Source: Nostoc sp. DedSLP01 (lineage in GTDB: Bacteria; Cyanobacteriota; Cyanobacteriia; Cyanobacteriales; Nostocaceae). From it: DNA of 64,000 nucleotides. The notes below the pieces were generated by a model that searched no databases, was not told the DNA's origin, and was given only the letters and a program-made list of their open reading frames with translations. Position numbers and translations under genes: made by a program. Below are positions 38,786 to 48,635 of the stretch, piece by piece. Each line of letters opens with the position of its first letter. Within the stretch, counting starts at the first letter, position 1. The stretch covers positions 241,903 to 305,902 of the forward strand of contig JAVRCJ020000005.1 of assembly GCA_034530875.2 (NCBI GenBank), read 5' to 3'.

Positions 38786-40051
38786 TCAAAACCTGCCATT
38801 CCCCTGAACGATGTGCTTAACGGTAGTCAAGGTTTCCAGGCTGATAAATCCCCGGCGATGGCCTTTTTGGTTGGACATGCCGAGAAATACTGAATCTCCC
38901 CGTGAGGGGTTGCGGGAAAAACGCGGGGAACTGTTGATGTAGGTGGAGGCGCTATTAACTCCTAAAGCAAACTGCCGACTTTCTTGGTAGGATTCAGTAA
39001 CGATACAGTCGGCATGACCGCTGCTGTATTGATTAATCCAGGCGATCGCCACTTCTAAGCTATCTACGAGTTTAAAAGCTACTGTCCTGGTTAAATAAGG
39101 GTTTGCCCATTCACTATCTTTCACCAATTGCAGCTGAGGAAAGGCTTCTACTAGTTCTGCATCGCCTTTAATTTCAAAGCCTTTTTCGATTAAGCTGTTC
39201 CACAAAACTGCTAAAGATGATGGCAAAGCTTGGCGATGAATTAGCACTTTTTCAATGGCATTTACCGGATCTGGTTCGCTTTGATGGCTATCAAGAATCA
39301 TCCAGCGCACCATTTCTAAGCTGGCATTGAGCGACCAGTAGAGGTAACAATTACCCATTGCTGACTTCAAAACCGGGCAAGTTGACTGTCTTACTACTTG
39401 CTGTATCAAGCTAGAACGCCCGTAGGGAATCACTAAATTCACGTACTCATCTTGGGTGACTAAATCGCGAATTGAAGCTCCGTGTTCGGCTGCGATTAGT
39501 TCTAGGCAGCCAAGCGGTAACCCAACTTCTGCCAGTGCAGTTTGGAGTACTGAAGCAATGGCGGCGTTAGAATGACTCGTTTCGGTACTGCCTTTGAGAA
39601 TTATACTATTGCCAGTTTTGATACAAAAACCCGCTGCGATCGCCCCTAAATCGGGAAATGCTTCATAAATAAATCCAATCGTTCCTAAAGGCATTAACTG
39701 GGAGTAACTCTGGGAATCTTCCAATTGGTAATCAGCATTCCTGACGCGCCGCAGCGGATCTGATAATTCCCCCAACCTTTGTAAAATGTCTACAGTGGTC
39801 TCTAGCCTTCTGGGAGTCAGCTTCAGCCAGTCTAAGATCAATTCTGAAACTGCCATTTCCCGACTAGCTTCTAAATCCAAAGTGTTGGCTTCGAGAATGT
39901 CGTCAAATGAGCGCTCAAGCGCCTTTGCCATCGCCAATACCGCGCGACTCCGGTCTGCTCCCTTTGTGATCCCCAATTTTAGGGAGGCTTGATGCGCTCG
40001 TTTGGCAATAGTAATCGGTTCGGGGCGTTCGTCCAAAACTTCAACAGTCAT
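38786..40051 (-). CDS. Gamma-glutamyl phosphate reductase paralog (ProA2-like, catalytic Cys absent)
   Basis: ProA-fold motifs MPLGTIGFIYE, IKTGNSIILKG, SSGHAD and INSSPRF. The canonical VCNA motif reads PVNA. Confidence 0.8.
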   Translation of the reverse strand: MTVEVLDERPEPITIAKRAHQASLKLGITKGADRSRAVLAMAKALERSFDDILEANTLDLEASREMAVSELILDWLKLTPRRLETTVDILQRLGELSDPLRRVRNADYQLEDSQSYSQLMPLGTIGFIYEAFPDLGAIAAGFCIKTGNSIILKGSTETSHSNAAIASVLQTALAEVGLPLGCLELIAAEHGASIRDLVTQDEYVNLVIPYGRSSLIQQVVRQSTCPVLKSAMGNCYLYWSLNASLEMVRWMILDSHQSEPDPVNAIEKVLIHRQALPSSLAVLWNSLIEKGFEIKGDAELVEAFPQLQLVKDSEWANPYLTRTVAFKLVDSLEVAIAWINQYSSGHADCIVTESYQESRQFALGVNSASTYINSSPRFSRNPSRGDSVFLGMSNQKGHRRGFISLETLTTVKHIVQGNGRF

Positions 40052-40055
40052 TGAG

Positions 40056-40463
40056 TTAACGTCTGTAGGTAAGCCAAACCATTAGTGCCGGCAGAATAGC
40101 TAACAGCACCGCCACCATTGCCCAAGCAATAATGCTGGAACCGTTTGCCAATCGCAGTGCTAATGGCAGCCATATAATCACTAGCACGAAAATAATGCCA
40201 AGTGCTATGGGCAGATAGCTTTCTCCCAAACGGGGATGGACAACATGCCAACTATTTCCCATCCAACGCCAAGCTCGCTTGTAAGGATAGGTGGTAGAAA
40301 GCTGTTCTAGGACATGACCATTATCTTCTACGACAAAGATTTGCTGACAGCGATCGCAACCAAATGCTTCTGTCAACGTAATCGGAATTAACTGACCCCG
40401 GCGACGACAGGGACAGGGGTATTCGGTATTTAAGTCTATTTTTTCGGGTTTTTGAGATTGCAC
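40056..40463 (-). CDS. Hypothetical Zn-ribbon protein with two C-terminal TM helices
   Basis: CPC...CDRC plus two hydrophobic helices; ends 4 nt upstream of the proA paralog. Confidence 0.75.
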   Translation of the reverse strand: MQSQKPEKIDLNTEYPCPCRRRGQLIPITLTEAFGCDRCQQIFVVEDNGHVLEQLSTTYPYKRAWRWMGNSWHVVHPRLGESYLPIALGIIFVLVIIWLPLALRLANGSSIIAWAMVAVLLAILPALMVWLTYRR

Positions 40464-41085
40464 AAGCGTTCTAAAAACTTGAGCGTGTTTTTCTATAAAC
40501 GGCAGGAATACGATCCTTGGTAAATGCCTTGGGGCTTCTCTCTTTATACTTTATATAAGTTGGCAGATGAAGCAAACATTGCCACAATTGCAAACAGGAG
40601 ATGCAGCTAGCTCTAAATAGCGTAATTGCCCTATAAATGGAGGATTATCTGTTTGCAGTCTTTCCCCATAGTTGGCAATCTTGTTTAAAAATTTTCTTCT
40701 CTCCATCTATCGCTTTAAAGGTAATGTGGTTGCTTTTGTGGCCATTCTATTGTGCTGATACACTTGGTACAATTTTAAGCCTACGTAGCGACCGCTCCTA
40801 ACATAGATCCTTCGGAATGTCTGCCAACTAGCAGTTTGTACTACTACTACAGTACCACGGAGATAGGTAAAAACTCAACTGCCGTCAGTTCATCATCAAC
40901 CGTAGTCCAAGTATTACTCAACAGAGGTTTCGTTTTTGTCTAGGCAGAGCACAACAGCAACCAGGCTATGTCTCACACTAGCATTAACGAAGGCAGGAGG
41001 CAGGAGGCCGTTTTTGTAACGAGGATTTATACCCCGTGACAAAAACTTTGGACGAAGTACGGTTTTAGACCCTATTATTTCGATA

Positions 41086-41121
41086 AAAAAAGTCTTAGAG
41101 CAAAAACTCTAAGACTTTTTT
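41086..41121 (-). terminator. Intrinsic terminator after tRNA-Gly
   Basis: AAAAAAGTCTTAGAG-caaaaa-CTCTAAGACTTTTTT forms a perfect hairpin. Confidence 0.8.
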
Positions 41122-41125
41122 CGGA

Positions 41126-41197
41126 AGCGGGTAACGCGATTCGAACGCGCGACATTCACCTTGGCAAGGTGACGCTCTACCACTGAGCTATACCCGC
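41126..41197 (-). tRNA. trnG: tRNA-Gly(GCC), CCA not encoded
   Basis: The reverse complement GCGGGTATAGCTCAGTGGTAGAGCGTCACCTTGCCAAGGTGAATGTCGCGCGTTCGAATCGCGTTACCCGCT folds into a cloverleaf with anticodon GCC. Confidence 0.97.
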
Positions 41198-41326
41198 ATT
41201 TGTTAACCGAATATTAATGTCTCATATTTGTTTTTAATTGTCAACCCCTAAATTTTTTTAATTTTGGGTATGGGACATTGGGCATTGGTTTTCACTCGTG
41301 ACCAATGACCAATGATTAATGACGTA

Positions 41327-41905
41327 CTAACTGACTTCTTCTGAGTCCACTGTTAAATTGCCGACGCTGGCACTAGGGAAAGAGGGCGGCAAAGACTGGC
41401 TATTAATAGAATATGGCTCTGCCAAATTAGAACGCAGTTGTCGCATCAGACTAGCCATTTCTAGGGCATTGAGGGCATAATCCCAACCGTGATTACCTTT
41501 GATGCCTGCCCGTTCTAAGGCTTGCTGCATGGTGTCCACTGTCAAAATGCCAAAAATGACTGGTACTCCAGTTTGAAAGCTCGCAGCAGCAATGCCTTTA
41601 GAAACTTCAGCAGATACGTAATCAAAATGGGGCGTTTGTCCTCGAATGACTGCCCCAAGACAAATTACAGCATCATAACGATGAGAAAGTGCTAGCTGGC
41701 GAGCTACTAACGGCACTTCAAAACTTCCTGGTACCCAAACGTAGTCTACCTGATTACCGTGGGGGTTGGGGTCTACACCGTGGCGTTTCAAGCAATCTTG
41801 ACATCCTTCTAGCAGCTTTCCGGTAACCAAATCATTGAATCGACCAATCACCACTGCAAAACGCAGAGGTTCCGTTTGAGTAAAAGTTCCCTCAAAAACT
41901 GCCAT
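41327..41905 (-). CDS. ribH: 6,7-dimethyl-8-ribityllumazine synthase
   Basis: [28 protein letters not shown] and QQALERAG motifs; start ATG at 41905. Confidence 0.95.
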   Translation of the reverse strand: MAVFEGTFTQTEPLRFAVVIGRFNDLVTGKLLEGCQDCLKRHGVDPNPHGNQVDYVWVPGSFEVPLVARQLALSHRYDAVICLGAVIRGQTPHFDYVSAEVSKGIAAASFQTGVPVIFGILTVDTMQQALERAGIKGNHGWDYALNALEMASLMRQLRSNLAEPYSINSQSLPPSFPSASVGNLTVDSEEVS

Positions 41906-42091
41906 GACTGCCTCTTTATCAACTATACTTCTGGCCAATATACATTTTTACTTAAATTGCGAGGAGCAGGAAAGCGCAGTCAAAAATAAGGAAACAGGAA
42001 AAAATATCTCTTTTTTCCTTAACTTTTGACCTGAGCTTTTCTGCTCCTCTAATTTTTATATTAAGTGCCTGCGCCAGAGCGAAGCCGTTGC

Positions 42092-42280
42092 CTAGACGAC
42101 AAAAAAGTTTAACAAACCAACTAAAAGTACCAAAGCAATCCAAACGCCAGAACCAAGCCAGAGCAACTTTTTGGATTCAACCCAATTTTGGGGAGTAGCG
42201 TAAGCAACAGGAACGCCAACAACTAGTACAAAAGACAACAGGACTAGGCTAATCAAAGCAAATTGGAATATTATGGTCAT
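42092..42280 (-). CDS. psbZ: Photosystem II protein Z
   Basis: [33 protein letters not shown]... 62 aa. Confidence 0.95.
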   Translation of the reverse strand: MTIIFQFALISLVLLSFVLVVGVPVAYATPQNWVESKKLLWLGSGVWIALVLLVGLLNFFVV

Positions 42281-42490
42281 TTTTACTTCTCCCAATACAG
42301 CTAAATACTAAAGTGTAGAATATCCTAAAGGGCGACACTGACACTTACTTTTTTCTTATCTATAAGCTACCAGAAATTGCAACGTTTTAGTCATTTGTCA
42401 TTGGTCATTGGTCATTAGTCATTAGTCCTTTGTGAGTTAACAACAACCAATGCCCCACAAGCGATGCCTAATGCCCCATCCGTATTAACT

Positions 42491-45196
42491 ATGGACTTAA
42501 TTCTTTGCCACACCACAGCAGATTTTGACACACTTGGGGCGGCAGTAGGGCTAACACGCCTATTACCAGGAAGCAAGATTGTGCTGACTGGGGGAGCTCA
42601 TCCTCCGGTACGGGATTTTTTAGCTTTGTACAGGGATGAATATCCGCTAATTGAACGCCGTGCGGTGATTCCGGAAAAAATTCGTTCTTTGACTGTGGTC
42701 GATATGCAACAGCGCGATCGCTTGGGTAAAGCTGCCGAGTGGTTAGATTTACCCGATGTTAGAGAAATTATAGTTTACGACCATCACGTAGGACAAGAAT
42801 CAGATATTCCTGCTACGCGATCGCATATTTCTGCGGTGGGAGCGACGACAACTTTAATTGTGGAGCAATTGCAACAACAGCAAATCTCCCTAACTCCTGC
42901 CGAAGCCACAGTCATGGCTTTAGGTATCCATGTTGACACTGGCTCGTTAACCTTTGACCAATCTACACCACGGGATGCTTTAGCTTTGGCTTGGTTGATG
43001 CAACAGAGTGCCAGTTTAACAGTAATTTCCACATACCGCGACCCTGGTTTGTCTCTGCAATTGCAGGAGTTATTAACTAAAACCCTGGAAAATTTAGAAT
43101 ATCTTTGTCTGCGCGGATATACAGTTGGTTGGGTAATTTTAAATACAGATGCTTTTGTGCCTGGTTTATCGAGTTTAGCTTCAGAACTCGTGGAATTAAC
43201 CGAAATTGATGCCCTACTGTTAGCTAATGAGTATCCTTTAGGTGACGGTGATTTGCGGTTAACAGTAATTGGGCGATCGCAAATTCCCAAAACAAATCTT
43301 AATCTATTATTTGAAGCCTTGGGCGGTGGCGGGCATTCACAAGCTGCATCGCTGAACTTAAGAGGAGTAGATTCACAGGCAACATTACAACAACTACTTA
43401 ACGGGATTAAAGCCCAAATTCCCCACCCCCCTACTGCTAGGGATTTGATGTCCTCTCCTGTCCGCACTATTTTGCCTGAAACCACAATTGCAGAAGCACA
43501 GCGTATTTTGTTGCGTTACGGACATTCTGGTTTATCTGTAGTCGATGCCCAAGGACAACTGGTGGGTGTTATTTCGCGCCGGGATCTTGATATTGCCCTG
43601 CACCACGGCTTTAGTCACGCGCCAGTCAAGGGCTACATGACCATAAATGTGAAAACAATTACGCCGGATACGACACTGCCACAAATTGAAGCGCTGATGG
43701 TGACTTATGATATCGGGCGCTTACCAGTATTAGAAAACGAACAGTTAGTTGGTATCGTCACGCGTACTGATGTGTTGCGGGAATTACATGAAGAGGACGC
43801 GGGGACGCGGGGACGGGAAGACGCGGAAACTAGTTTAATGTTGCGATCGGAGCGTGTTAATCTCTCCGTGTCATCTTCTCTTGCTCCTCAACTGTGGGAA
43901 TTGCTGACTACGGCATCGCAAGAAGCAGAAAAACGAGGTTGGCATCTTTATCTTGTTGGCGGTGCGGTGCGGGACTTGCTGTTAGCTGATGCAGCAGGAG
44001 GCCTGATGATTAAAGATATTGACCTTGTAGTTGATGGCTTTCACAAATCAGCAGATGTTGGTGCTGGCGTGGAATTAGCAAAGGCACTCCAAAAACTTTA
44101 CCCAGCAGCGCGTCTAGAAATACACGGGGCTTTTCAAACTGCGGCTTTGCTATGGCACAAAGACCCAGAATTCGATTCTTTATGGGTAGATATTGCCACC
44201 GCTAGGACAGAATTTTATCCTTACCCAGCAGCGAATCCAGAAGTTGAGGCGAGTTCCATTCGTCAAGATTTATATCGTCGAGATTTCACCATCAACGCCC
44301 TAGCTTTGCGCTTGACTTCTCCCCGTGCTGGTGAATTACTCGATTTCTTTGGTGGTTTACTCGATTTAGAAGCTAAACAAATTCGGGTTTTACACGCCAA
44401 CAGCTTTATCGAAGACCCCACCCGCATTTATCGCGGCGTGCGCTTTGCAGTGCGCTTCGGCTTTGAAATTGAGCCGCAAACACAAGAGTTTATCCGCTAT
44501 GCCATCAACAGTGGTGTTTACGATCGCACTGCTCAAGAGAATAGCAAAACTCCAGCTCTCCAAACTCGACTGAAAACAGAATTAAAGCACATCCTAGAAG
44601 CCCCTTATTGGAAATCAGCTTTGCAGTTACTCGATAACTTAGGGGCATTGCAATGCATCCATTCTACTTTGAAGCTAGATGTAGGACTCCTGCGAGAATT
44701 ACGTTTGCTAGAACGCTGTTTGCGGCGATTTGACCAGCAACAAACCCTAATTAACTGGGAAATGCGTTTAGAAGTATTAATCGCCCATCTCGAACCACAA
44801 TATCGGGCGAAAGTAGCAAAAAATCTGCAATTGCAAGAAGATGGCATTAAACGGTTACAGAATCTAGCTCAGACTCAAGCTGATATTTTAGAAACTTTAC
44901 CTAGATGTCAGCGCCCCAGCCAAGTAGTTCAATTTCTCAGACGATATGACTTACCAATGTTAATTTTAATTGCTTTACAAAGCCAGAAAGCGATCGGGCG
45001 GCAGATATGGTATTACTTAACAGTTTTGGCTAACATTGCACCGATTTTAAATGGTAATGACTTAAAGGAATTAGGTTATAAACCAGGGGCGCAATATCGA
45101 GAAATTTTAGACAATTTACTTGCTGCTACTTTAGATGGAGTGATTCAAAATAGAACTGAGGCTAAGGAGTTTTTAGCCAAGCATTATCCCCAGTAA
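42491..45196 (+). CDS. DHH-CBS-nucleotidyltransferase (A-adding/CCA tRNA nucleotidyltransferase)
   Basis: DHH, GGGGH, two CBS domains, VGGAVRDL, DIDLVV, DLYRRDFTINA and EDPTRI motifs. Confidence 0.9.
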   Translation: MDLILCHTTADFDTLGAAVGLTRLLPGSKIVLTGGAHPPVRDFLALYRDEYPLIERRAVIPEKIRSLTVVDMQQRDRLGKAAEWLDLPDVREIIVYDHHVGQESDIPATRSHISAVGATTTLIVEQLQQQQISLTPAEATVMALGIHVDTGSLTFDQSTPRDALALAWLMQQSASLTVISTYRDPGLSLQLQELLTKTLENLEYLCLRGYTVGWVILNTDAFVPGLSSLASELVELTEIDALLLANEYPLGDGDLRLTVIGRSQIPKTNLNLLFEALGGGGHSQAASLNLRGVDSQATLQQLLNGIKAQIPHPPTARDLMSSPVRTILPETTIAEAQRILLRYGHSGLSVVDAQGQLVGVISRRDLDIALHHGFSHAPVKGYMTINVKTITPDTTLPQIEALMVTYDIGRLPVLENEQLVGIVTRTDVLRELHEEDAGTRGREDAETSLMLRSERVNLSVSSSLAPQLWELLTTASQEAEKRGWHLYLVGGAVRDLLLADAAGGLMIKDIDLVVDGFHKSADVGAGVELAKALQKLYPAARLEIHGAFQTAALLWHKDPEFDSLWVDIATARTEFYPYPAANPEVEASSIRQDLYRRDFTINALALRLTSPRAGELLDFFGGLLDLEAKQIRVLHANSFIEDPTRIYRGVRFAVRFGFEIEPQTQEFIRYAINSGVYDRTAQENSKTPALQTRLKTELKHILEAPYWKSALQLLDNLGALQCIHSTLKLDVGLLRELRLLERCLRRFDQQQTLINWEMRLEVLIAHLEPQYRAKVAKNLQLQEDGIKRLQNLAQTQADILETLPRCQRPSQVVQFLRRYDLPMLILIALQSQKAIGRQIWYYLTVLANIAPILNGNDLKELGYKPGAQYREILDNLLAATLDGVIQNRTEAKEFLAKHYPQ

Positions 45197-45221
45197 TTTA
45201 TATCTCAAAAATGTTGTTTTT

Positions 45222-45809
45222 ATGCAAACACAAACACACAAAAAATACTACACTCCAGAGGAATATTTAAAACTAGAGGAGACCTCAGAATCCAAAAATG
45301 AATATCGAGATGGAAAAATAATTCCTATGCCTGGTGGTACGACTAATCACAATGAAATTGCAGGTAATTTTTATGCCAATTTTAAATTTACGATGCGGGG
45401 TAAAAATTATAAAATTTACATAGGTGATGTCAAATTGTGGATACCACGTTATCGTATTTATACTTATCCTGATATCATGGTGATTCACGGAGAACCAATA
45501 TATGAGGGAAGTGGCACTACCAAAGTGACAAATCCTTTAACGATCGTAGAAGTGCTTTCCAACTCTACAGAGAACCACGATAGAACTAATAAATTTAGAT
45601 TTTATCGTTCTATTCCGACGCTCCAAGAATATATTATGATTAATCAATATGAATATCTTGTTGAGCAGTTTAATAAAAATGCTGAAGGTCAATGGGTATT
45701 AACTGAATACGAATCAGTAGATGCTGTATTCTCACTAAAATCAATAGATTTTCAAATTTCCTTCAGTGATATTTATGAAGGAATTGATTTTGAAATAGAA
45801 GAATCGTAA
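45222..45809 (+). CDS. Uma2 family (PD-(D/E)xK) endonuclease-like protein
   Basis: YTPEEYL..EE, EYRDG.I, YPDIMV, IVEVLSNST and LQEYIMI motifs. Confidence 0.9.
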   Translation: MQTQTHKKYYTPEEYLKLEETSESKNEYRDGKIIPMPGGTTNHNEIAGNFYANFKFTMRGKNYKIYIGDVKLWIPRYRIYTYPDIMVIHGEPIYEGSGTTKVTNPLTIVEVLSNSTENHDRTNKFRFYRSIPTLQEYIMINQYEYLVEQFNKNAEGQWVLTEYESVDAVFSLKSIDFQISFSDIYEGIDFEIEES

Positions 45810-45908
45810 TGCATAGGCGTTGGCGTAGCCTCTCGTAGAGAAGCCCATCGTACTCCTACGGAGAACCAAGCTATGCGTAGCGTCTCGTAGAGAAGATATC
45901 GCAGTAGT

Positions 45909-46115
45909 CTAAATAGTTTCGGGGTCGATATTTAACTCCCGCAATTTTGCAGCCAAACGTTCTGCTTTTTTTTGTGCCTGTTCTGCCATTTCTTCAGGTG
46001 TTGGGACTAGTCGCCCATCTGGTGTAAAAAACCGCAATAAACCTTCATGGATTCCCAAGTATAAACCTAGTTGTTCGCTCTCCGGAATTGCTTTGTGCTA
46101 AACTGTAGTCAACAT
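45909..46115 (-). pseudogene. Internally deleted Uma2-family remnant
   Basis: The minus strand reads MLTTV*HKAIPE-SEQLGLYLGIHEGLLRFFTPDGRLVPTPEEMAEQAQKKAERLAAKLRELNIDPETI*. This is a Uma2-like C-terminal tail with the core missing and an in-frame stop. Confidence 0.75.
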
Positions 46116-46275
46116 CAAACCTCATCACAATTCAAACGAGATAGCAAAAATGAAGTAGTACCAAACGCCTGTTGCACCAAAGCAACAAATGTCAACGAAA
46201 AATAAACGCAACTAGTTTGACAGGGTTACTTCACAAAGTCATGTACTAACAATATTGTTATTACTCCTATCTATA

Positions 46276-46307
46276 TCAGACCGCTTGTAAGCGGCTGAGT
46301 TTGTTTT
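46276..46307 (+). terminator. Terminator-like hairpin in the leader of the ABC-F gene (possible attenuator)
   Basis: TCAG-A-CCGC-ttgtaa-GCGG-CTGA is followed by GTTTGTTTT, about 70 nt upstream of the start. Confidence 0.5.
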
Positions 46308-46377
46308 GTGCCTAATAATTTACCCGGAATCATTGCCAACACGTGGGTAGAAGTTTGCGAATTGAGGTTTGGAAAGA

Positions 46378-47988
46378 ATGCAGAAAAAATCAATATTATT
46401 AGCTGAGAATTTAAGCTATCAACTCAGCTTAGAAAGAACTTTATTTCAACAAATTCAGGTAACTATTGACGCACGGAATAGCATCGCTTTAGTTGGTAGC
46501 AACGGTGTAGGAAAATCAACCCTACTGAAGATACTTGCAGGTCAAATTACGCCCACCACGGGTTCAGTTTGGCATCATGGTGTTATTTATTATTTACCCC
46601 AAATTAGCACTATTCGAGAAGAAATCAAATCAGATACAGTACTTGATTTCTTGATTTCTATTTCTGATGAATGGTGGAAAATTGAGGAAATTTTACAAAC
46701 ACAATTCGATACAAACATTGACCTTTATTTATCAATAGAAAATTTGAGTGGTGGAGAACTGACAAAACTCTTTCTAGCAATTGGTTTGGCTCAAAAACCA
46801 AATTTGTTATTGCTAGATGAACCAACTAATCACATGGATTTAGAAGTGTTAGAAAGCTTAAAAGAGTTTCTGTTCAATTTTACAGGTGCGTATGTAATTG
46901 TCTCGCACAAGCCTTTTTTCTTAGACCAAGTGGTAAATATTACCTGGGAACTTACGCCTATTGGGTTGAAAGTATATGGAGGTAATTTTTCTCATTATCG
47001 AGAACAGAAAGAAATCGAGTTAGAAGCAGCATTACGATCGCACGAAGTCGCCAGGAAGGAACTCAAACGCGCTCAAGCTATGGCTATGCAAGAACAACAG
47101 CGTGCAGCCCAATCTCAGCGCAATGGTCGTGCTAAGTTCCTTAGTGGTAGTATCGACAGAACCGCTGCTGGAGCGATGAAAAGAAAAGCTGAAATCTCAG
47201 CCGGAACTGCGAAAAAGAAACATGAAGCAGCTGTAGCGAAAGCTAATCAAAAAGTTGCAGATACCAAGGTCAAAACCACAAAAGTAACAAGTATTCAACT
47301 AGAAGAAAAAAGCCAAAAGCGCAAAAACTTAATTGATATTCAAGGTGCAAATCTTAAGGTATCAGAACGGGTACTTTTACACAACATTCAATTGCATATT
47401 TCTTCTGGCGATCGCATTGCCATTGTCGGCGCTAATGGTTCCGGTAAATCGAGTTTGGCAAAAGCAGTTTTAGGAATGGAAAATCAAACAGCAGTTTTCG
47501 TATCGGGTGAGGTTTTGCTTGCACCAGCGATGAAAGCCATATATCTCGATCAAACCTACAAATTGGTAAATCGCCAATGCACAATTCTGGAAAATATGCA
47601 AGCTGCTAATCCGCATCTCAGCTATCAGCATTTGCGCCAACAACTAGGACATTTTTTGTTTAAATACGATGATGTCAACAAAAGTGCATCTGTACTCAGT
47701 GGTGGTGAGTTGGCAAGATTAGCGTTCGCCATGATTACTATCTCTGAAATCGACCTCTTGATTCTCGACGAACCAACTAATAACTTAGATATTGAAACCG
47801 TCGAACAAATCATAGTAGGTATCAATGACTATCAAGGAGCTGTTTGGGTAATTTCCCACGATTTAAATTTCTTGAGCCGCATTAATATTACTCAAAGTTT
47901 CAAATTGCAAGACCAAGCCTTACAAATGACAACCTATTTACCCAGTACACCAGAGCAATATTATCGAGAATTATTATCTTACAACTAG
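46378..47988 (+). CDS. ABC-F family ATPase (ribosomal protection-like)
   Basis: Two ABC domains (GSNGVGKS/LSGGE/LDEPTNH and GANGSGKS/LSGGE/LDEPTNN), a long helical linker and no TMs. Confidence 0.9.
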   Translation: MQKKSILLAENLSYQLSLERTLFQQIQVTIDARNSIALVGSNGVGKSTLLKILAGQITPTTGSVWHHGVIYYLPQISTIREEIKSDTVLDFLISISDEWWKIEEILQTQFDTNIDLYLSIENLSGGELTKLFLAIGLAQKPNLLLLDEPTNHMDLEVLESLKEFLFNFTGAYVIVSHKPFFLDQVVNITWELTPIGLKVYGGNFSHYREQKEIELEAALRSHEVARKELKRAQAMAMQEQQRAAQSQRNGRAKFLSGSIDRTAAGAMKRKAEISAGTAKKKHEAAVAKANQKVADTKVKTTKVTSIQLEEKSQKRKNLIDIQGANLKVSERVLLHNIQLHISSGDRIAIVGANGSGKSSLAKAVLGMENQTAVFVSGEVLLAPAMKAIYLDQTYKLVNRQCTILENMQAANPHLSYQHLRQQLGHFLFKYDDVNKSASVLSGGELARLAFAMITISEIDLLILDEPTNNLDIETVEQIIVGINDYQGAVWVISHDLNFLSRINITQSFKLQDQALQMTTYLPSTPEQYYRELLSYN

Positions 47989-48203
47989 GTGTAATGCCGA
48001 CTATACTGAGTAAATTATAATACTTAGCGAATTGATTCTGTTTAGGCGTTAGCTAAGATTTTAAGTATTAATTATGACTATTGCCTGCATATTGTACTGG
48101 ATATAGTCAGCCATCTCCAGCGTAAATATCATGCTTCAAAACAGAAGCCGCAAAGCATACAGGCAAGTTATAATTCTTTTGCGGATGAACGTAACAAAAA
48201 TTT

Positions 48204-48530
48204 ATGAGTAACCCCCTTGTGCAAGCCTTTTTTGTAGGCAGAGCAGTAGCTGAAGTAGTTAACGAGCGTTTAGAGGTCGCTTTGACCGATGCTTTGAGCG
48301 AACTGGGTAAATTTGATGCTGAAGCTAGAGAGCAGTTGCGCCAGTTTACACAAGAAGTCCTAGAACGGGCAAATCGAGCAGCAGAAACTGCTAGTACTGG
48401 CCAACCTAGCACGAGTACCAGGCAATCTGGTTCAGACCCAGTAGACGTGCAAGCAGAGATTGATGAATTGCGAGCAGAAATTGCCCTATTGCGAACAGAA
48501 CTCCAACATCATCGCAGAACTTCTGCATAA
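48204..48530 (+). CDS. Conserved cyanobacterial coiled-coil hypothetical protein
   Basis: AFFVGRAVAE...IDELRAEIA.LR.EL, upstream of the ABC1 kinase. Confidence 0.8.
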   Translation: MSNPLVQAFFVGRAVAEVVNERLEVALTDALSELGKFDAEAREQLRQFTQEVLERANRAAETASTGQPSTSTRQSGSDPVDVQAEIDELRAEIALLRTELQHHRRTSA

Positions 48531-48635
48531 ATTTGGTCATTAGTCATTGGTCATTAGTCATTAGTTTTATATCAAAAACAAATGGCAGTTTGGGTGTCTT
48601 TTCTTGCAGGTAATTCGTTTGCAAACCAACGGTAG

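Noticed and set aside
41126..41197. tRNA-Gly as the attachment site of an integrated element
   Set aside because: No integrase and no duplicated tRNA 3' end were seen in the window; the flanking genes look like core genes.
42784..43485. 233-aa antisense ORF and similar antisense ORFs (15881-16339, 33211-33699)
   Set aside because: They lie opposite well-supported genes and are consistent with codon-bias shadows.
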